A stretch of 43,168 nt of DNA, filler included, from Chthonomonadaceae bacterium (GTDB lineage: Bacteria > Armatimonadota > Chthonomonadetes > Chthonomonadales > Chthonomonadaceae): NCBI GenBank assembly GCA_035650735.1. It is 2 parts of 2 records of this genome, joined end to end, with 100 filler letters (N's around TTAATTAATTAA, not from the genome) between each part and the next. Parts side by side here need not be neighbours in the genome. Positions count along the whole stretch, not along the records: positions 1 to 16,106 come from DASRGZ010000221.1; 1 more part is not named here. One strand, given 5' to 3'. The position numbers and the translations under genes were made by a program. Under the pieces are notes generated by a model. It was not told the DNA's origin, did not search any database, and worked only from the letters and a program-made list of their open reading frames with translations. Positions 1 through 9,460 of this stretch are shown piece by piece; position 1 is the stretch's first letter; the number at the start of each line of letters is the position of its first letter.

Positions 1-141
1 GCGCGCTGTTGTCTGTCCTTGAGTGTTACCGACAGCAGAAAATTCAATGCTTGCCATCAATAACCGCTCTGCTTCGGGTACAACGTCTGTCCATAGGGCG
101 CAACAACGTCAGTTAGCAGGCGAGCATTCAACAGTTATGGG
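1..141 (-). mobile_element. Terminus of an unassembled mobile element (contig break); exact reverse complement of 43028-43168
   Basis: 1-141 is the reverse complement of the last 141 nt. Identity stops at the end CCCATAACTGTTGAATG, next to GTTTAG (142-147). Confidence 0.75.
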
Positions 142-160
142 GTTTAGCCTGCCGAAGGCA

Positions 161-814
161 TCACGGCCTCGGCGGCACGTTTTTGAGATGGCAGACGATG
201 ACCGCGCCGCCGCGCGCCCGGATAGAAACGCGATTAGATTCGGCCACGTTGCTCATGCCGCGCGTGCCGATGGGCAGGCGCTCGTCTAGCAGAGTCCATC
301 GCAGTCCCGTCAGGGTGACGCGCGCTTTGCCGTCATAGGAGAGGACGGAGACAATATCGCCCGGCTCGGCGTCAAATGTGCATTCGCCGGGCGTGTCCAT
401 CGTTCCTGAAATGGCCCATACGTGGGAAGAGTCGCCGATGATGACCAGCGGAATTTCGGTATGGTAGCGCAGCAGCAGTAGATGGTTGGCGAGCGTATGG
501 TCAATGCGCCCGCCCGCCGCGCCGAGGATGGTGATGGCCGATGCGCCTCGGTCGCGGGCGACGGCGATAGCCTTTTCCAGGTCGGCCTGATCCTGATCCG
601 GCGTGGGGAGGAACGCTGCGCACGGAAACTCGGCCTGCGCAACCTCCAGGCGCACCGAGTCAAAATCGCCGCAGATAATGTCGGGCTTTAGGCCCAGCCC
701 GGCGGCGCGGTGGGCGGCCCCATCCGTAGCCAGCAGCAGGTCATGTTCGGCGGCGAGGCGCTGCGCCAGCGCCTCCGAGGGCGACTCTCCATTGGCTAAG
801 ATCAGCGCCTTCAT
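161..814 (-). CDS. thiN: Thiamine pyrophosphokinase
   Basis: ILANG, ATDGAA, PDIICGDFDS, DQDQADLEKA, GGRIDHTLAN and C-terminal GMSN motifs typical of TPK. Confidence 0.93.
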   Translation of the reverse strand: MKALILANGESPSEALAQRLAAEHDLLLATDGAAHRAAGLGLKPDIICGDFDSVRLEVAQAEFPCAAFLPTPDQDQADLEKAIAVARDRGASAITILGAAGGRIDHTLANHLLLLRYHTEIPLVIIGDSSHVWAISGTMDTPGECTFDAEPGDIVSVLSYDGKARVTLTGLRWTLLDERLPIGTRGMSNVAESNRVSIRARGGAVIVCHLKNVPPRP

Positions 815-819
815 ACTTT

Positions 820-1212
820 TCAGGATACCTCATGCCGCCCATTTTTCGCGCTGAGCGAGAGCTTTATGCCTGCCGAAAGCAGCAGCAACGCCGGTATCAG
901 AGCCATAGCGGAAAGCAGATTGCCGGCCAGGCTTCCGCTGCTGAGAGTAAGCGTCTGCCAGATCCAGTAGGCGGAAGCGAGCGCGCCGCCGAGGCTGAGG
1001 ATGCCACCGAGCAGGCGCGCGGATACGGCGCGCTCCGTTTGCCTGCCCATAGCCCACGCGGCGAGCAGGCCCGTGATGGGAATGGCCCACATGGCCTGCC
1101 GCCACAGGCTCCAGACCTCGCGCGATGCGCCCGTATCGGCCAGGCTGAGGCTAAACAGCCAACAAAACAACTCCAATCCGATCACCAGAAAGGCCAGCAG
1201 GCAACCTACCAA
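820..1212 (-). CDS. Hypothetical membrane protein (about 4 TM segments); start uncertain
   Basis: Several hydrophobic stretches; ends 5 nt before the thiN start on the same strand. Confidence 0.65.
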   Translation of the reverse strand: MVGCLLAFLVIGLELFCWLFSLSLADTGASREVWSLWRQAMWAIPITGLLAAWAMGRQTERAVSARLLGGILSLGGALASAYWIWQTLTLSSGSLAGNLLSAMALIPALLLLSAGIKLSLSAKNGRHEVS

Positions 1213-1260
1213 ACTTTCTCTTTCCTTCCGGGGAACGGCGCCCCACTCCCGTCCCTAATG

Positions 1261-1590
1261 GCCCCCACCCCCTAACCCACTGCCAGGGTCGGCGCTCAAC
1301 GGTTCGCGCCTCCGCCTGACGATCCCCAAGAACAGGGGAGGGGAGAGGCCCTCACCCCCTCACCCCCTCTCACGGCGCTGCGGGAGAGGGGAGCCTCTCT
1401 TCCTCCCAGGCTCTTCCGTTCTGCCTTATCTCCCCTCCTCCCCGGCCCTTCTCCCTGCAAGGCAGAAGGGGGAAGAGAAGCCAACTCTGACTCTCCCACT
1501 GGATCCTCTGCCCACGTAGGTGGGCAGCGGGCCGTAGGCCCCACAGCGGCAGGGTTTAGCCTGCCGGGAGCATGAGGGAAGGGTGAGGGG
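1261..1590. repeat. Cluster of REP-like GC hairpins: CCTCACCCC..CCCCTCTC..GAGAGGGG type, plus one CCCACAGCGGCAGGGTTTAGCCTGCCG copy at 1508-1566
   Basis: Multiple short palindromes; the motifs recur at 7341-7447, 9298-9449, 15817-15875 and 42834-43027. Confidence 0.75.
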
Positions 1591-1632
1591 AAGCCTCCCA
1601 TTCCCGAGAAACGGAATAGCCTTGGGTTCAGG

Positions 1633-2304
1633 CTATAGCGGCATAGACCACAGACGGTCGAGGTCGTCGCGGGTGTGGTTTTTGGCGTGGCCGTCGGCAA
1701 AGATGATGTTGTAGCGCTTCGCTGGCGGGATCAGGCTACCGTGCCAGTGGCCCGCGCCGTCGAAAAGTACATTGACTTCTGCCGGGTTCTGGAACGTCGC
1801 CTCCCCGGCCCTCCGCTCCGCGATCTCGGTGCGATAGTAGTAGCTGGTGCCGAACTTTGTGTAGCTTGTGGGGCGCGCATCCAGCGGTATTCCGGTAAAG
1901 TCCTCGATATCGAAGCCGGTGTCGGCGGGACAGCGGAAAAGCTCCTTCGACTTGATGTAGGGCTGCAGGGCCTCGTGAATCATGCTCATGTGCGGAATGA
2001 GCGCCTGGAACTCCCGGAAGCCGGCCCATATCTCGGGCGTATAGCGGTCGGCGGGATCCACGGCAAACGGGTAGAGGCCGTCGTTATCCTGGGCATAGAG
2101 CGAGATGCTCATGCCAAGCTGCCGCAGGTTGGACAGGCAGGACACCTCCCGCGCCTTGCCCCGCGCCGTCAGAAATACGGGGAAGAGAAGGGCTGCCAGC
2201 ACGCCGATAATAGCGATGACGGTCAGCAGTTCGACCAGGGTGAAGGCAGGCACCGCCCGCGCCGGAAGCGCGACGGCACCGGAAATACGGCGACGATAAG
2301 GCAT
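1633..2304 (-). CDS. Prepilin-type N-terminal cleavage/methylation protein with DUF1559-like and H-X9-DG domains
   Basis: AFTLVELLTVIAIIGVLAALLFPVF..AR..CLSNLRQLG; C-terminal WH..YNIIFADGHAK; start at MPYRRR after GGAG. Confidence 0.9.
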   Translation of the reverse strand: MPYRRRISGAVALPARAVPAFTLVELLTVIAIIGVLAALLFPVFLTARGKAREVSCLSNLRQLGMSISLYAQDNDGLYPFAVDPADRYTPEIWAGFREFQALIPHMSMIHEALQPYIKSKELFRCPADTGFDIEDFTGIPLDARPTSYTKFGTSYYYRTEIAERRAGEATFQNPAEVNVLFDGAGHWHGSLIPPAKRYNIIFADGHAKNHTRDDLDRLWSMPL

Positions 2305-2383
2305 GGGATCTTCCTCCGCCTCGCCTTGGGCGCGAGGCAACAGCACGCCGGAAAAGACCGTTTCCCAACGCAAGCAATAGGTA

Positions 2384-2412
2384 ATTGTACCGCGTGTTGG
2401 CGGCGGGGTCAA
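2384..2412 (-). promoter_or_regulatory. Putative sigma70 promoter for the prepilin-like gene
   Basis: Minus strand TTGACC-17 nt-TACAAT. Confidence 0.6.
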
Positions 2413-2501
2413 GGCGTGCCGCGCTTGTCCACAGGGCGATTGCACGCGCCGAAATGCCACTCTCCTCTGAGCGGGCAGGCATAGCGGCGATGGTCCTGCG
2501 C

Positions 2502-2530
2502 TTGTCCGTAAGTGGGCTTTGTGGTACAAT
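2502..2530 (+). promoter_or_regulatory. Putative sigma70 promoter (extended -10) for the SDR/FAD oxidoreductase pair
   Basis: TTGTCC-17 nt-TACAAT with TG upstream of the -10. Confidence 0.55.
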
Positions 2531-2601
2531 AATGTCTGTTTCGCTTGGATTGGTCGCTCTGCTCCGGCCTAATTACCGGGCAGGCGGAAAGAAGATGACC
2601 G

Positions 2602-3354
2602 ATGGCAACAGCATGGAAACGCGCGCTGGTGGTGGGCGCCTCCTCCGGGATGGGAGAGGCGGTGGCGCGGCAATTGGCGCAGCAGGGATGCCAGGTGGCC
2701 CTGGTAGCGCGTCGCGAGGAGGAACTGGCGCGCATCGCCGCCGAGATCAACGCCGCCGCAGGCGCGACTCTGGCTCATACCTACCCGCACGACGTGCGCG
2801 AATACGAGTGCGTCCCCGCGCTCTTCCAGCAGATCGCCCATGACCTGGGCGGGCTGGATCTGGTCATCTATGCGGCGGGAGTCATGCCGCGCCTTGCCGA
2901 CGAGGAGTACTCTTTCGACAAAGATAAGCTGATGTTTGAGGTCAACACCCTGGGCGCCATCGCCTGGCTCAACGAGGCGGCGCAGCGGTTCGCGCGCGCT
3001 CAGGAGGGTACCATCGTCGGCATCTCCTCCGTGGCGGGCGACCGGGGCCGACGCGGGCAGCCCGCCTACTGCGCCTCCAAGGCGGCGCTCAACTGCTATC
3101 TGGAATCCCTGCGCAATCGCGTGGGCCGCTACGGGGTCGCGGTCGTCACCGTCAAGCCCGGCCCGGTGGATACGCCCATGACCCGAGGGCTGGACAAGCT
3201 GCCCCTGCTCATCCCGGCGGAGAAGGCAGCGGCGGCTATTCTGGCGGCGGCGCGGCGGCGCGCCCATACCGCCTATATCCCCGGCGTGTGGCGGCCCATC
3301 ATGGCGATGATCCGCGCCATTCCCTCCTTCCTATTCAAAAAGCTCAATATATAG
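2602..3354 (+). CDS. SDR family oxidoreductase (DprE2-like)
   Basis: GASSGMG, ISSVAGDRGR, YCASK, VKPGPVDTPMT; directly upstream of a DprE1-like gene. Confidence 0.88.
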   Translation: MATAWKRALVVGASSGMGEAVARQLAQQGCQVALVARREEELARIAAEINAAAGATLAHTYPHDVREYECVPALFQQIAHDLGGLDLVIYAAGVMPRLADEEYSFDKDKLMFEVNTLGAIAWLNEAAQRFARAQEGTIVGISSVAGDRGRRGQPAYCASKAALNCYLESLRNRVGRYGVAVVTVKPGPVDTPMTRGLDKLPLLIPAEKAAAAILAAARRRAHTAYIPGVWRPIMAMIRAIPSFLFKKLNI

Positions 3355-3371
3355 CGGTATCGGAGACTATC

Positions 3372-4910
3372 GTGGCGATCCCCCGGCCTATATCCCTGAA
3401 TCAGAGCGCGCCCGAGCGCGCGGCGCTGCGCGATCAAAACAACGGCGCGACTGCCGCCCTGGCAGACAGAAGGGCGACGGCAGCGCTGCCCCCGCCCCTG
3501 CCTGCCGACCGTCTGGAGCGCGTGGAAGCCTGGGGCATGAATACCTCCGTGCTTGCCTACGTCTACCGCCCCAGCACGGCGGAGGGCATCCGGGAGGTCT
3601 TCGAGATCGCGCGGCGGCATGGCCGGAAGGTCGGATTGCGCGGCGCGGGCCGCAGCTACGGCGACGCCTCCCTGCTGGCCGAGAATATCTGCCTCGACCT
3701 GACGCGCATGAACCGTATCCTGGCGTGGAATCCCGCGACCGGCATTATTAAAGCCGAGCCGGGCGTGACTATCCGGCAGCTCTGGCAGTACGTCATCGGG
3801 GATGGCTGGTGGCCGCCGGTCGTCTCCGGCACCATGTTCGTTTCGCTGGGCGGCGCGGCCTCCATGAACATTCACGGCAAGAACAATTTCAAGGCCGGCC
3901 CCATCGGCAACCACATCCTGGAGTTTGAGCTGCTGCTGCCGACGGGCGAGATCAAGGTGTGCAGCCGCCAGCAAAACAGCGACCTGTTCCACGCGGCCAT
4001 CGGCGGCTTCGGGATGCTGGGCTGCTTTGTCAGCATCACGCTGCAATTAAAGAAGGTCTACTCCGGCCTCCTCCAGATCCATGCCTTCTCCACCCGCAAC
4101 TTCGCCGACATCTTCCGCGAGTTTGAGGCGCGCATGGACAGGGCCGATTATCTCGTCGGCTGGATAGACTGCTTTGCCCGGGGCAAGGCGCTGGGGCGGG
4201 GATTGGTGCATCAGGCCAACTACCTCCAGCCAGGGGAGGACCTCAATCCAGCACAAACGCTGCGCGTGGAGAACCAGGAACTGCCGGACACGCTGTTTGG
4301 CGTCGTTCCTAAGTCCATCATGTGGCGGTTCCTCAAGCCTTTTGCCAGGAACTGGGGCATGCGCCTGATCAACTGGGCCAAGTACAAGGCGGGCAGCACC
4401 CTCGGCAACCACAAAACCTACCGGCAGTCGCACGCCGGGTTCGCCTTCCTGCTGGACTACGTGCCCAACTGGAAGTTCGTCTACAAGCCGGGCGGCCTGA
4501 TCCAGTACCAGAGCTTCGTTCCCGCCGAGAACGCCGAGCGGTGCTTCACGGCGCAGCTTGAGCTGTGCCATGCGTGGGGCATCATCCCCTACCTGGGCGT
4601 GTTCAAGCGGCATAAGTGGGATGAGTTCTGGATGTCGCATGCCGTAGACGGCTACTCGTTCGCGCTGGATTTCCCGGTGACGGCCCGTAACCGCCAGCGC
4701 CTCTGGGAACTCGCGGCCCGCCTGAATGAAATGGTGCTGGAGAACGGCGGTCGCTTCTACTTCGCCAAAGACAGCACCCTGGACGGCAAATCCGCCGCCG
4801 CCTATCTTGGCGAGGAGCGCCTGCGCCAGTTCTTTGCGCTCAAGCGCGCCTGCGACCCGGAAAACCTGCTACAAACCGAACTTTCAAAACGACTTTTCGG
4901 CGATAGATAA
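3372..4910 (+). CDS. FAD-binding oxidoreductase (DprE1-like, decaprenylphosphoryl-ribose oxidase family)
   Basis: RGAGRSYGDA, PVVSGTMFVSLGG, NIHGKN, QYQ, LGVFK, GYSFALDF, GGRFYFAKDS; GTG start after GGAG. Confidence 0.88.
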   Translation: MAIPRPISLNQSAPERAALRDQNNGATAALADRRATAALPPPLPADRLERVEAWGMNTSVLAYVYRPSTAEGIREVFEIARRHGRKVGLRGAGRSYGDASLLAENICLDLTRMNRILAWNPATGIIKAEPGVTIRQLWQYVIGDGWWPPVVSGTMFVSLGGAASMNIHGKNNFKAGPIGNHILEFELLLPTGEIKVCSRQQNSDLFHAAIGGFGMLGCFVSITLQLKKVYSGLLQIHAFSTRNFADIFREFEARMDRADYLVGWIDCFARGKALGRGLVHQANYLQPGEDLNPAQTLRVENQELPDTLFGVVPKSIMWRFLKPFARNWGMRLINWAKYKAGSTLGNHKTYRQSHAGFAFLLDYVPNWKFVYKPGGLIQYQSFVPAENAERCFTAQLELCHAWGIIPYLGVFKRHKWDEFWMSHAVDGYSFALDFPVTARNRQRLWELAARLNEMVLENGGRFYFAKDSTLDGKSAAAYLGEERLRQFFALKRACDPENLLQTELSKRLFGDR

Positions 4911-4954
4911 CGAATAGGTCGGGCCAACTTTCGCGCCCGACGAGGGCTAAATCT

Positions 4955-5741
4955 ATGGCAACCGCACCACAGCGCCATCCATCATCGCCGCCTCGCCCCC
5001 GGCGCATCTACTACCCAACCTCCGATGGAAAGCCGATGGGCGCAACCGACAAACATGTCACCGTAACTATGTAACCCAAGTTGCTACCTAGGAACACGTT
5101 TGAGAGAGAATCGCTCTGGAAACCGGCTTTTGCATCACCGTTTGCCTTCTCGAAGAGGCAAGGTAGCAACTTGAGTTAGGTACTGCATCAGCGCGCTTCG
5201 GGCTTACTTTGCGGACCGCCCGGAGGTCTATGTGGCCGGCGATAACTTCCTTATACTACGAGGAGGGCAATCCCAAAGCCGTCGTTTCCCCGGATTGCTA
5301 CGTCGTCTTCGGGATGGGGATGCGGCTTCGGGATACCTACATGACCTGGAAAGAGGGCGGAAGACTCCCGATGTTATCTTTGAGTTCACCTCCCGGAAGT
5401 TGCGCAAGGAGGATACCGAGAAGAAGTACCGGGTCTACGAGCAGGGCTTGCAGGTGCCGGAGTACTTCCTGTTCGACCCAACCGGCGACTACTTGAAGCC
5501 GCGTCTTCGGGGCTACCGGCTGGCGGAGGGAAGGTATCAACCGCTGCTTCCTGTGGAGGGTAGGCTGCACAGCGAGCAGTTAGGGCTGGACCTGGTAGAG
5601 GAAGGCGAGATGCTACGCCTCTATGACCCGCAGCGCCAGGAACCGTTACTGACACCGCTGGAACAGGCAGAGCGGCTGGAACAACAGGCAGCAGAAATCG
5701 CACGGTTGCGCGCCGAGATCGAAAGGCTGAGAGCGCCGTAG
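4955..5741 (+). pseudogene. Uma2 (DUF820) family endonuclease, disrupted by a MITE and two compensating frameshifts
   Basis: N-terminus IYYPTSDGKPMG then insertion at 5074; continues YCISAL..VYVAGDNFL / YYEEGNPKAVVSPDCYVVFG / PDVIFEFTS..VPEYFLFDP; frameshifts near 5251 and 5368. Confidence 0.85.
5074..5176. mobile_element. MITE family A, copy 1 (103 bp)
   Basis: TIRs ACCCAAGTTGCTACCT / AGGTAGCAACTTGAGT; flanked by TATGTA / TAGGTA; identical copy at 19275-19377. Confidence 0.9.
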
Positions 5742-5874
5742 CCACCCAGGATTACGCGCTTTGAGCCGGCCAGGATATGGCATCGGGAACATCGCGGAGA
5801 CCTGGCGCGTAGACGGTCAAAGAGGAGAGAAACCCATCTTAAGAACTCCCGTTACACGGGCGCATTCTTCTTGC

Positions 5875-5942
5875 CGTAGCGGTTCCGTCCGCCAGGACGG
5901 TTGGCGGCGTAGCCGTCCCACAGACGGGTCATTCATGGCCCG
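5875..5942. repeat. Short structured intergenic repeat, similar to 26639-26701
   Basis: CGTAG..CGTCCGC(C/G)AGGACGGTTGGC..CAGACGGG..GCCCGGC is shared by both sites. Confidence 0.55.
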
Positions 5943-5968
5943 GCGGCGTAAGGTAAATTAAGAACGTT

Positions 5969-7339
5969 ATGCCTCTTACTGAAAGAGTACAGAAGCCCGC
6001 AAAGGTCAGCCTGATCAATCTGGGCTGTGCGAAAAATGAAGTCGACTCTGAGGAGATGCTGGGCCAACTGACGCAGGAAGGCTATGCTGTCGAGACCAGC
6101 TATGACGCCGCCTCCGTCGGCGAGGACGCCGACGTTATCGTGATCAACACCTGCGGCTTTATCCAGGCGGCCAAAGAGGAGTCTATCAATACGATCCTGG
6201 AGGCGCTCCAGCGCAAGGAGCGCGGCGAGGTCAAGAAGGTCGTCGTCGCGGGCTGCCTGGCGCAGCGCTACGCTAAAGAGTTGGCCGCAGAGATGCCCGA
6301 GGTGGACGCCTTCCTCGGCACAGGGCAGATGGCGTCCATCGGCAAGGTAGTCGGGCAGTCGCTCATCCGGCCTCAACAACTGCTGGAAGTCGCCGCAAGG
6401 CCGCACCATCGCTGGGTGGATGTGCCGACGCGCGTGCGGATGGGCGCGCCCTGGACGGCCTATCTGAAAATCTCCGAGGGCTGCGACCATCAATGCACTT
6501 TCTGCGCGATTCCCTCCTTCCGGGGACGCCACGTCAGCAAGCCGATGGAGCGCATTCTCGCCGAGGCGGAGCAACTGGCGCGGCAGGGCGTCAAGGAGCT
6601 CAATCTCATCGCCCAGGACTCGACCCAGTACGGCTATGACCTTTACGGCCAGATGCGCCTGCCGGAACTGCTGCGCGAACTTTCGCAGGTAGATAGCATC
6701 CACTGGATACGCCTATTTTACTGCTACCCTTCGCGCGTTAATCGGGGTATCATAGAAGCGATAGCCACCACGCCCAAAGTCTGCCACTATATTGATATGC
6801 CGCTGCAGCATGCGGATAAGGAAATGCTGCGAGCGATGCGCCGCCCGATGCGCTATGAGGGATATCTGAAGCTGCTGGCCGACTTTCGCGCCGCCGCGCC
6901 CGACGTCGCCATTCGCACCACGTTCATCATCGGCTTTCCCGGCGAGACCAAAGAGCACTTTGCGACGCTGGAGCGCTTTGTCGAGGAGGCGCAGTTCGAC
7001 CGCGTGGGCGTGTTTGAGTATTCGGTGGAGGACGGCACGCCGAGCGCCGAGATGGATCCGAAAGTCCCCTCGCGCGTCAAGCGCGCCCGCCGTGAGGCCC
7101 TGATGCGGCGGCAGCAAGCGATCTCGCTGGCCTGTAACCAGAAATGGGTCGGGCGGGAACTGGAGGTGCTGATTGAAGGCCGCTCGCCGCTGGACCCGAC
7201 GACCGCCATTGGCCGCTCGTTCCGGGATGCGCCGGAGGTGGATGGACAGGTTTACGTGCGCCGCTGTGCGGCCCAGCCGGGAACCTTTGTGCGCGCCCGC
7301 GTCGTCGAGGCGCGTCCCTACGATTTGATTGCTGAATAG
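5969..7339 (+). CDS. rimO: Ribosomal protein S12 methylthiotransferase
   Basis: LGCAKNEVDSE, NTCGFI, YLKISEGCDHQCTFCAIP radical SAM motif, TRAM domain with DAPEVDG. Confidence 0.96.
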   Translation: MPLTERVQKPAKVSLINLGCAKNEVDSEEMLGQLTQEGYAVETSYDAASVGEDADVIVINTCGFIQAAKEESINTILEALQRKERGEVKKVVVAGCLAQRYAKELAAEMPEVDAFLGTGQMASIGKVVGQSLIRPQQLLEVAARPHHRWVDVPTRVRMGAPWTAYLKISEGCDHQCTFCAIPSFRGRHVSKPMERILAEAEQLARQGVKELNLIAQDSTQYGYDLYGQMRLPELLRELSQVDSIHWIRLFYCYPSRVNRGIIEAIATTPKVCHYIDMPLQHADKEMLRAMRRPMRYEGYLKLLADFRAAAPDVAIRTTFIIGFPGETKEHFATLERFVEEAQFDRVGVFEYSVEDGTPSAEMDPKVPSRVKRARREALMRRQQAISLACNQKWVGRELEVLIEGRSPLDPTTAIGRSFRDAPEVDGQVYVRRCAAQPGTFVRARVVEARPYDLIAE

Positions 7340-7340
7340 A

Positions 7341-7447
7341 CCTCCCCCCCGGCCCCTCTCCTTCGTAAGGAGAGAGAAGAGCAGAAGCCAGCGTTGATTC
7401 CCCCTCTCCTTGAGAAGGAGAGGGGTGGCCGAAGGCCGGGGTGAGGT
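7341..7447. repeat. Inverted REP-like doublet
   Basis: CCTCCCCCCCGGCCCCTCTCCTTCGTAAGGAGAG.. and CCCCTCTCCTTGAGAAGGAGAGGGG..GGGGTGAGG; near-identical unit at 42834-42872. Confidence 0.75.
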
Positions 7448-7467
7448 TGAATAAGGAGGGAGATTTC

Positions 7468-9297
7468 GTGGCAACTGCCGTTATGGTCAAACCTCAAGAA
7501 CCGGAAACTGAGGAACAACTGGCCGCGCGCTATGCGGGCGACCTGATCTATAAAGCGCTGCTGGAAGCGGGCGAGCCGCTCAAGGCATCCGAAGTCGCCA
7601 GGGCTGTAGGTCGGCCTGACGTGGATATTAAGCTGACGCGCGTCATCCTGTCCACCAACCCGAATATGACGGCGGTGGACCGCAAGTGGACGCTGTGGAC
7701 GCGCTACCTAAACACCCGCAACACCGTAGATCGCAATCTGCAGCGCATCCTCAACACGTTCGGCCAGCCGATTCGCCTGCCGGATCTGGCCCGAGAGTTG
7801 AACGCCATCTACGGGCGCCCTGCCGAGATCTATGAGGAGATGCTGGAGCACGTCACATCGGATCGGACCCGCTACTTCCGCATCGGTCAGGATTTCATTG
7901 CGCCCGCCGATTGGCTGCTCGCCATTCCCGACGAGGCTGAGGATGAAGTACTGTTCGAGAACTTCCTGGAGGACGAGGATGCGCTGCCCTATATAGATGC
8001 CGCCGAGCAGGTTGGGCTGGATGCCCATAGGCCGGAGACCGTCGCGGACCTGCTAGACGCCGTCGGCCATCCCCTGAAGAACAAGGCGCTCCAGTTCCTG
8101 GCCTGGCGTCGGGATAAAGCGCATTTTGACCCGGCGGCCTTCTATGGGCGCGTCTTCCTGGAAAGCGGCGCGACGCCTCTCTCCAACGGCACCTGGATCG
8201 GGCCGCAACTGGCCGAGAAGCTGACAAGCTACTTCCCGGTCCTGGCCGAGCAGGAGGTCAGCGAGAACATCGAGGCCGAGGCGCAGGAGGCCGCACAGCC
8301 CCTGGCGCTCAGCGACGCCGACCGCGAGAACCTGGTGCAGACCATCCTCGACAGCGAGGGCACGGTGCGCGCCACGCGCCTGCTGGAAGACATCTTCGAG
8401 GTCACGCCGGACTACCGCACCTACCAGGAAGACCTGCAAACCATTATCCACGCCCTGGCCAGCGACGACCGCATCGCCTGGGTCGGCGCGGATCGCTTCC
8501 GGGCGCAGGGAACCATTCCGCCCTACGTCTTTAGCGTGCCCGGCCTGTTGGAGATCCCGGAAACCAACTACACGGACGCCGAGGGCAACCCGGTAGACCT
8601 GATGATCGAAGATGACGGCTTCGACGGCGGCCTGGAGCGCGAGATTCTAAGCCCGCTGGCCCAGGACGTTCTGGACGAGGAGCCTGTGCCCAATCCCGAT
8701 CCCAACCCGCCATCCAATGCGCGTGCGGTCATCAAATACCATCACAAGCAGATCGGCACGCTGCCGCTGTGTCAGTTCCCGTCTGGCTTCTTCCCGCCGG
8801 AGCCGCAGATCCTGGAGACGGAATTTGTCCTGCCCGGCGGCCAGAAGGCTCAGGTCTGGGTCAACAACGAAACGCGCCTGATATACGGTCTGATCGATTG
8901 GTTCGAGTCGATCCCCATCGACTCGGGCGCGACGTTCACGCTGGAGCGGCAGGCCCCCGACCGCTATGTGGTCAACTACAACGAAGAGAGCGAGCCCAGC
9001 ATGTTCATCAGCCGCAACCGCATCAATGAGCTGCTGGCGCTGCAGGAGCGCGCGGAAGCCGAATCCCTTTCGACCTTTGAAGTAATCCAGACGATCATGG
9101 AGCATTACCGCAAGGGGATCGAGTTCCTGACGCTGTTTACCGAGATCAACATCGTTCGCCGCGCGCGCCGCCGTCTGGTCGCCTCGATCCTGTCGGAGTA
9201 CCACTGCTTCTTCCAGCGCGGCGGCGCCTGGGTCTTTGATTCCAAGAAGCTGACGCAGGGCTTCGATAGGAGCAAGCGCAAATACCTGGTCAAGTGA
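7468..9297 (+). CDS. Hypothetical protein (about 610 aa, acidic, N-terminal wHTH-like segments)
   Basis: Long ORF with host-like codon usage; AAGGAGG RBS before the GTG at 7468. Confidence 0.85.
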   Translation: MATAVMVKPQEPETEEQLAARYAGDLIYKALLEAGEPLKASEVARAVGRPDVDIKLTRVILSTNPNMTAVDRKWTLWTRYLNTRNTVDRNLQRILNTFGQPIRLPDLARELNAIYGRPAEIYEEMLEHVTSDRTRYFRIGQDFIAPADWLLAIPDEAEDEVLFENFLEDEDALPYIDAAEQVGLDAHRPETVADLLDAVGHPLKNKALQFLAWRRDKAHFDPAAFYGRVFLESGATPLSNGTWIGPQLAEKLTSYFPVLAEQEVSENIEAEAQEAAQPLALSDADRENLVQTILDSEGTVRATRLLEDIFEVTPDYRTYQEDLQTIIHALASDDRIAWVGADRFRAQGTIPPYVFSVPGLLEIPETNYTDAEGNPVDLMIEDDGFDGGLEREILSPLAQDVLDEEPVPNPDPNPPSNARAVIKYHHKQIGTLPLCQFPSGFFPPEPQILETEFVLPGGQKAQVWVNNETRLIYGLIDWFESIPIDSGATFTLERQAPDRYVVNYNEESEPSMFISRNRINELLALQERAEAESLSTFEVIQTIMEHYRKGIEFLTLFTEINIVRRARRRLVASILSEYHCFFQRGGAWVFDSKKLTQGFDRSKRKYLVK

Positions 9298-9449
9298 CCT
9301 AACCCCACCCATCGCTGCGCGGCCCCCTTCCCTGATACGTTCGCTTCGCTCACAGGGAAGGGGGTGCCGGATGGCTGTGCGGTCTCCTATAGAGGTACAA
9401 GCTGATGTCACCCCCTTCCCTCGTAGGGAAGGGGGACGGGGGGTTAGGC
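9298..9449. repeat. Inverted REP-like doublet
   Basis: CCTAACCCC..CCCCCTTCCCT..AGGGAAGGGGG and CCCCCTTCCCTCGTAGGGAAGGGGG..GGGGTTAGG. Confidence 0.7.
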
Positions 9450-9460
9450 AGGAGCTTTTC

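Noticed and set aside
1296..1700. 134-aa ORF between the membrane gene and the prepilin-like gene
   Set aside because: It is a translation of a REP hairpin cluster.
5232..5741. Intact 169-aa Uma2 gene as given in the ORF track
   Set aside because: Its first ~45 codons are mostly out of the homologous frame, and the real N-terminus (4955-5071) is cut off by the MITE.
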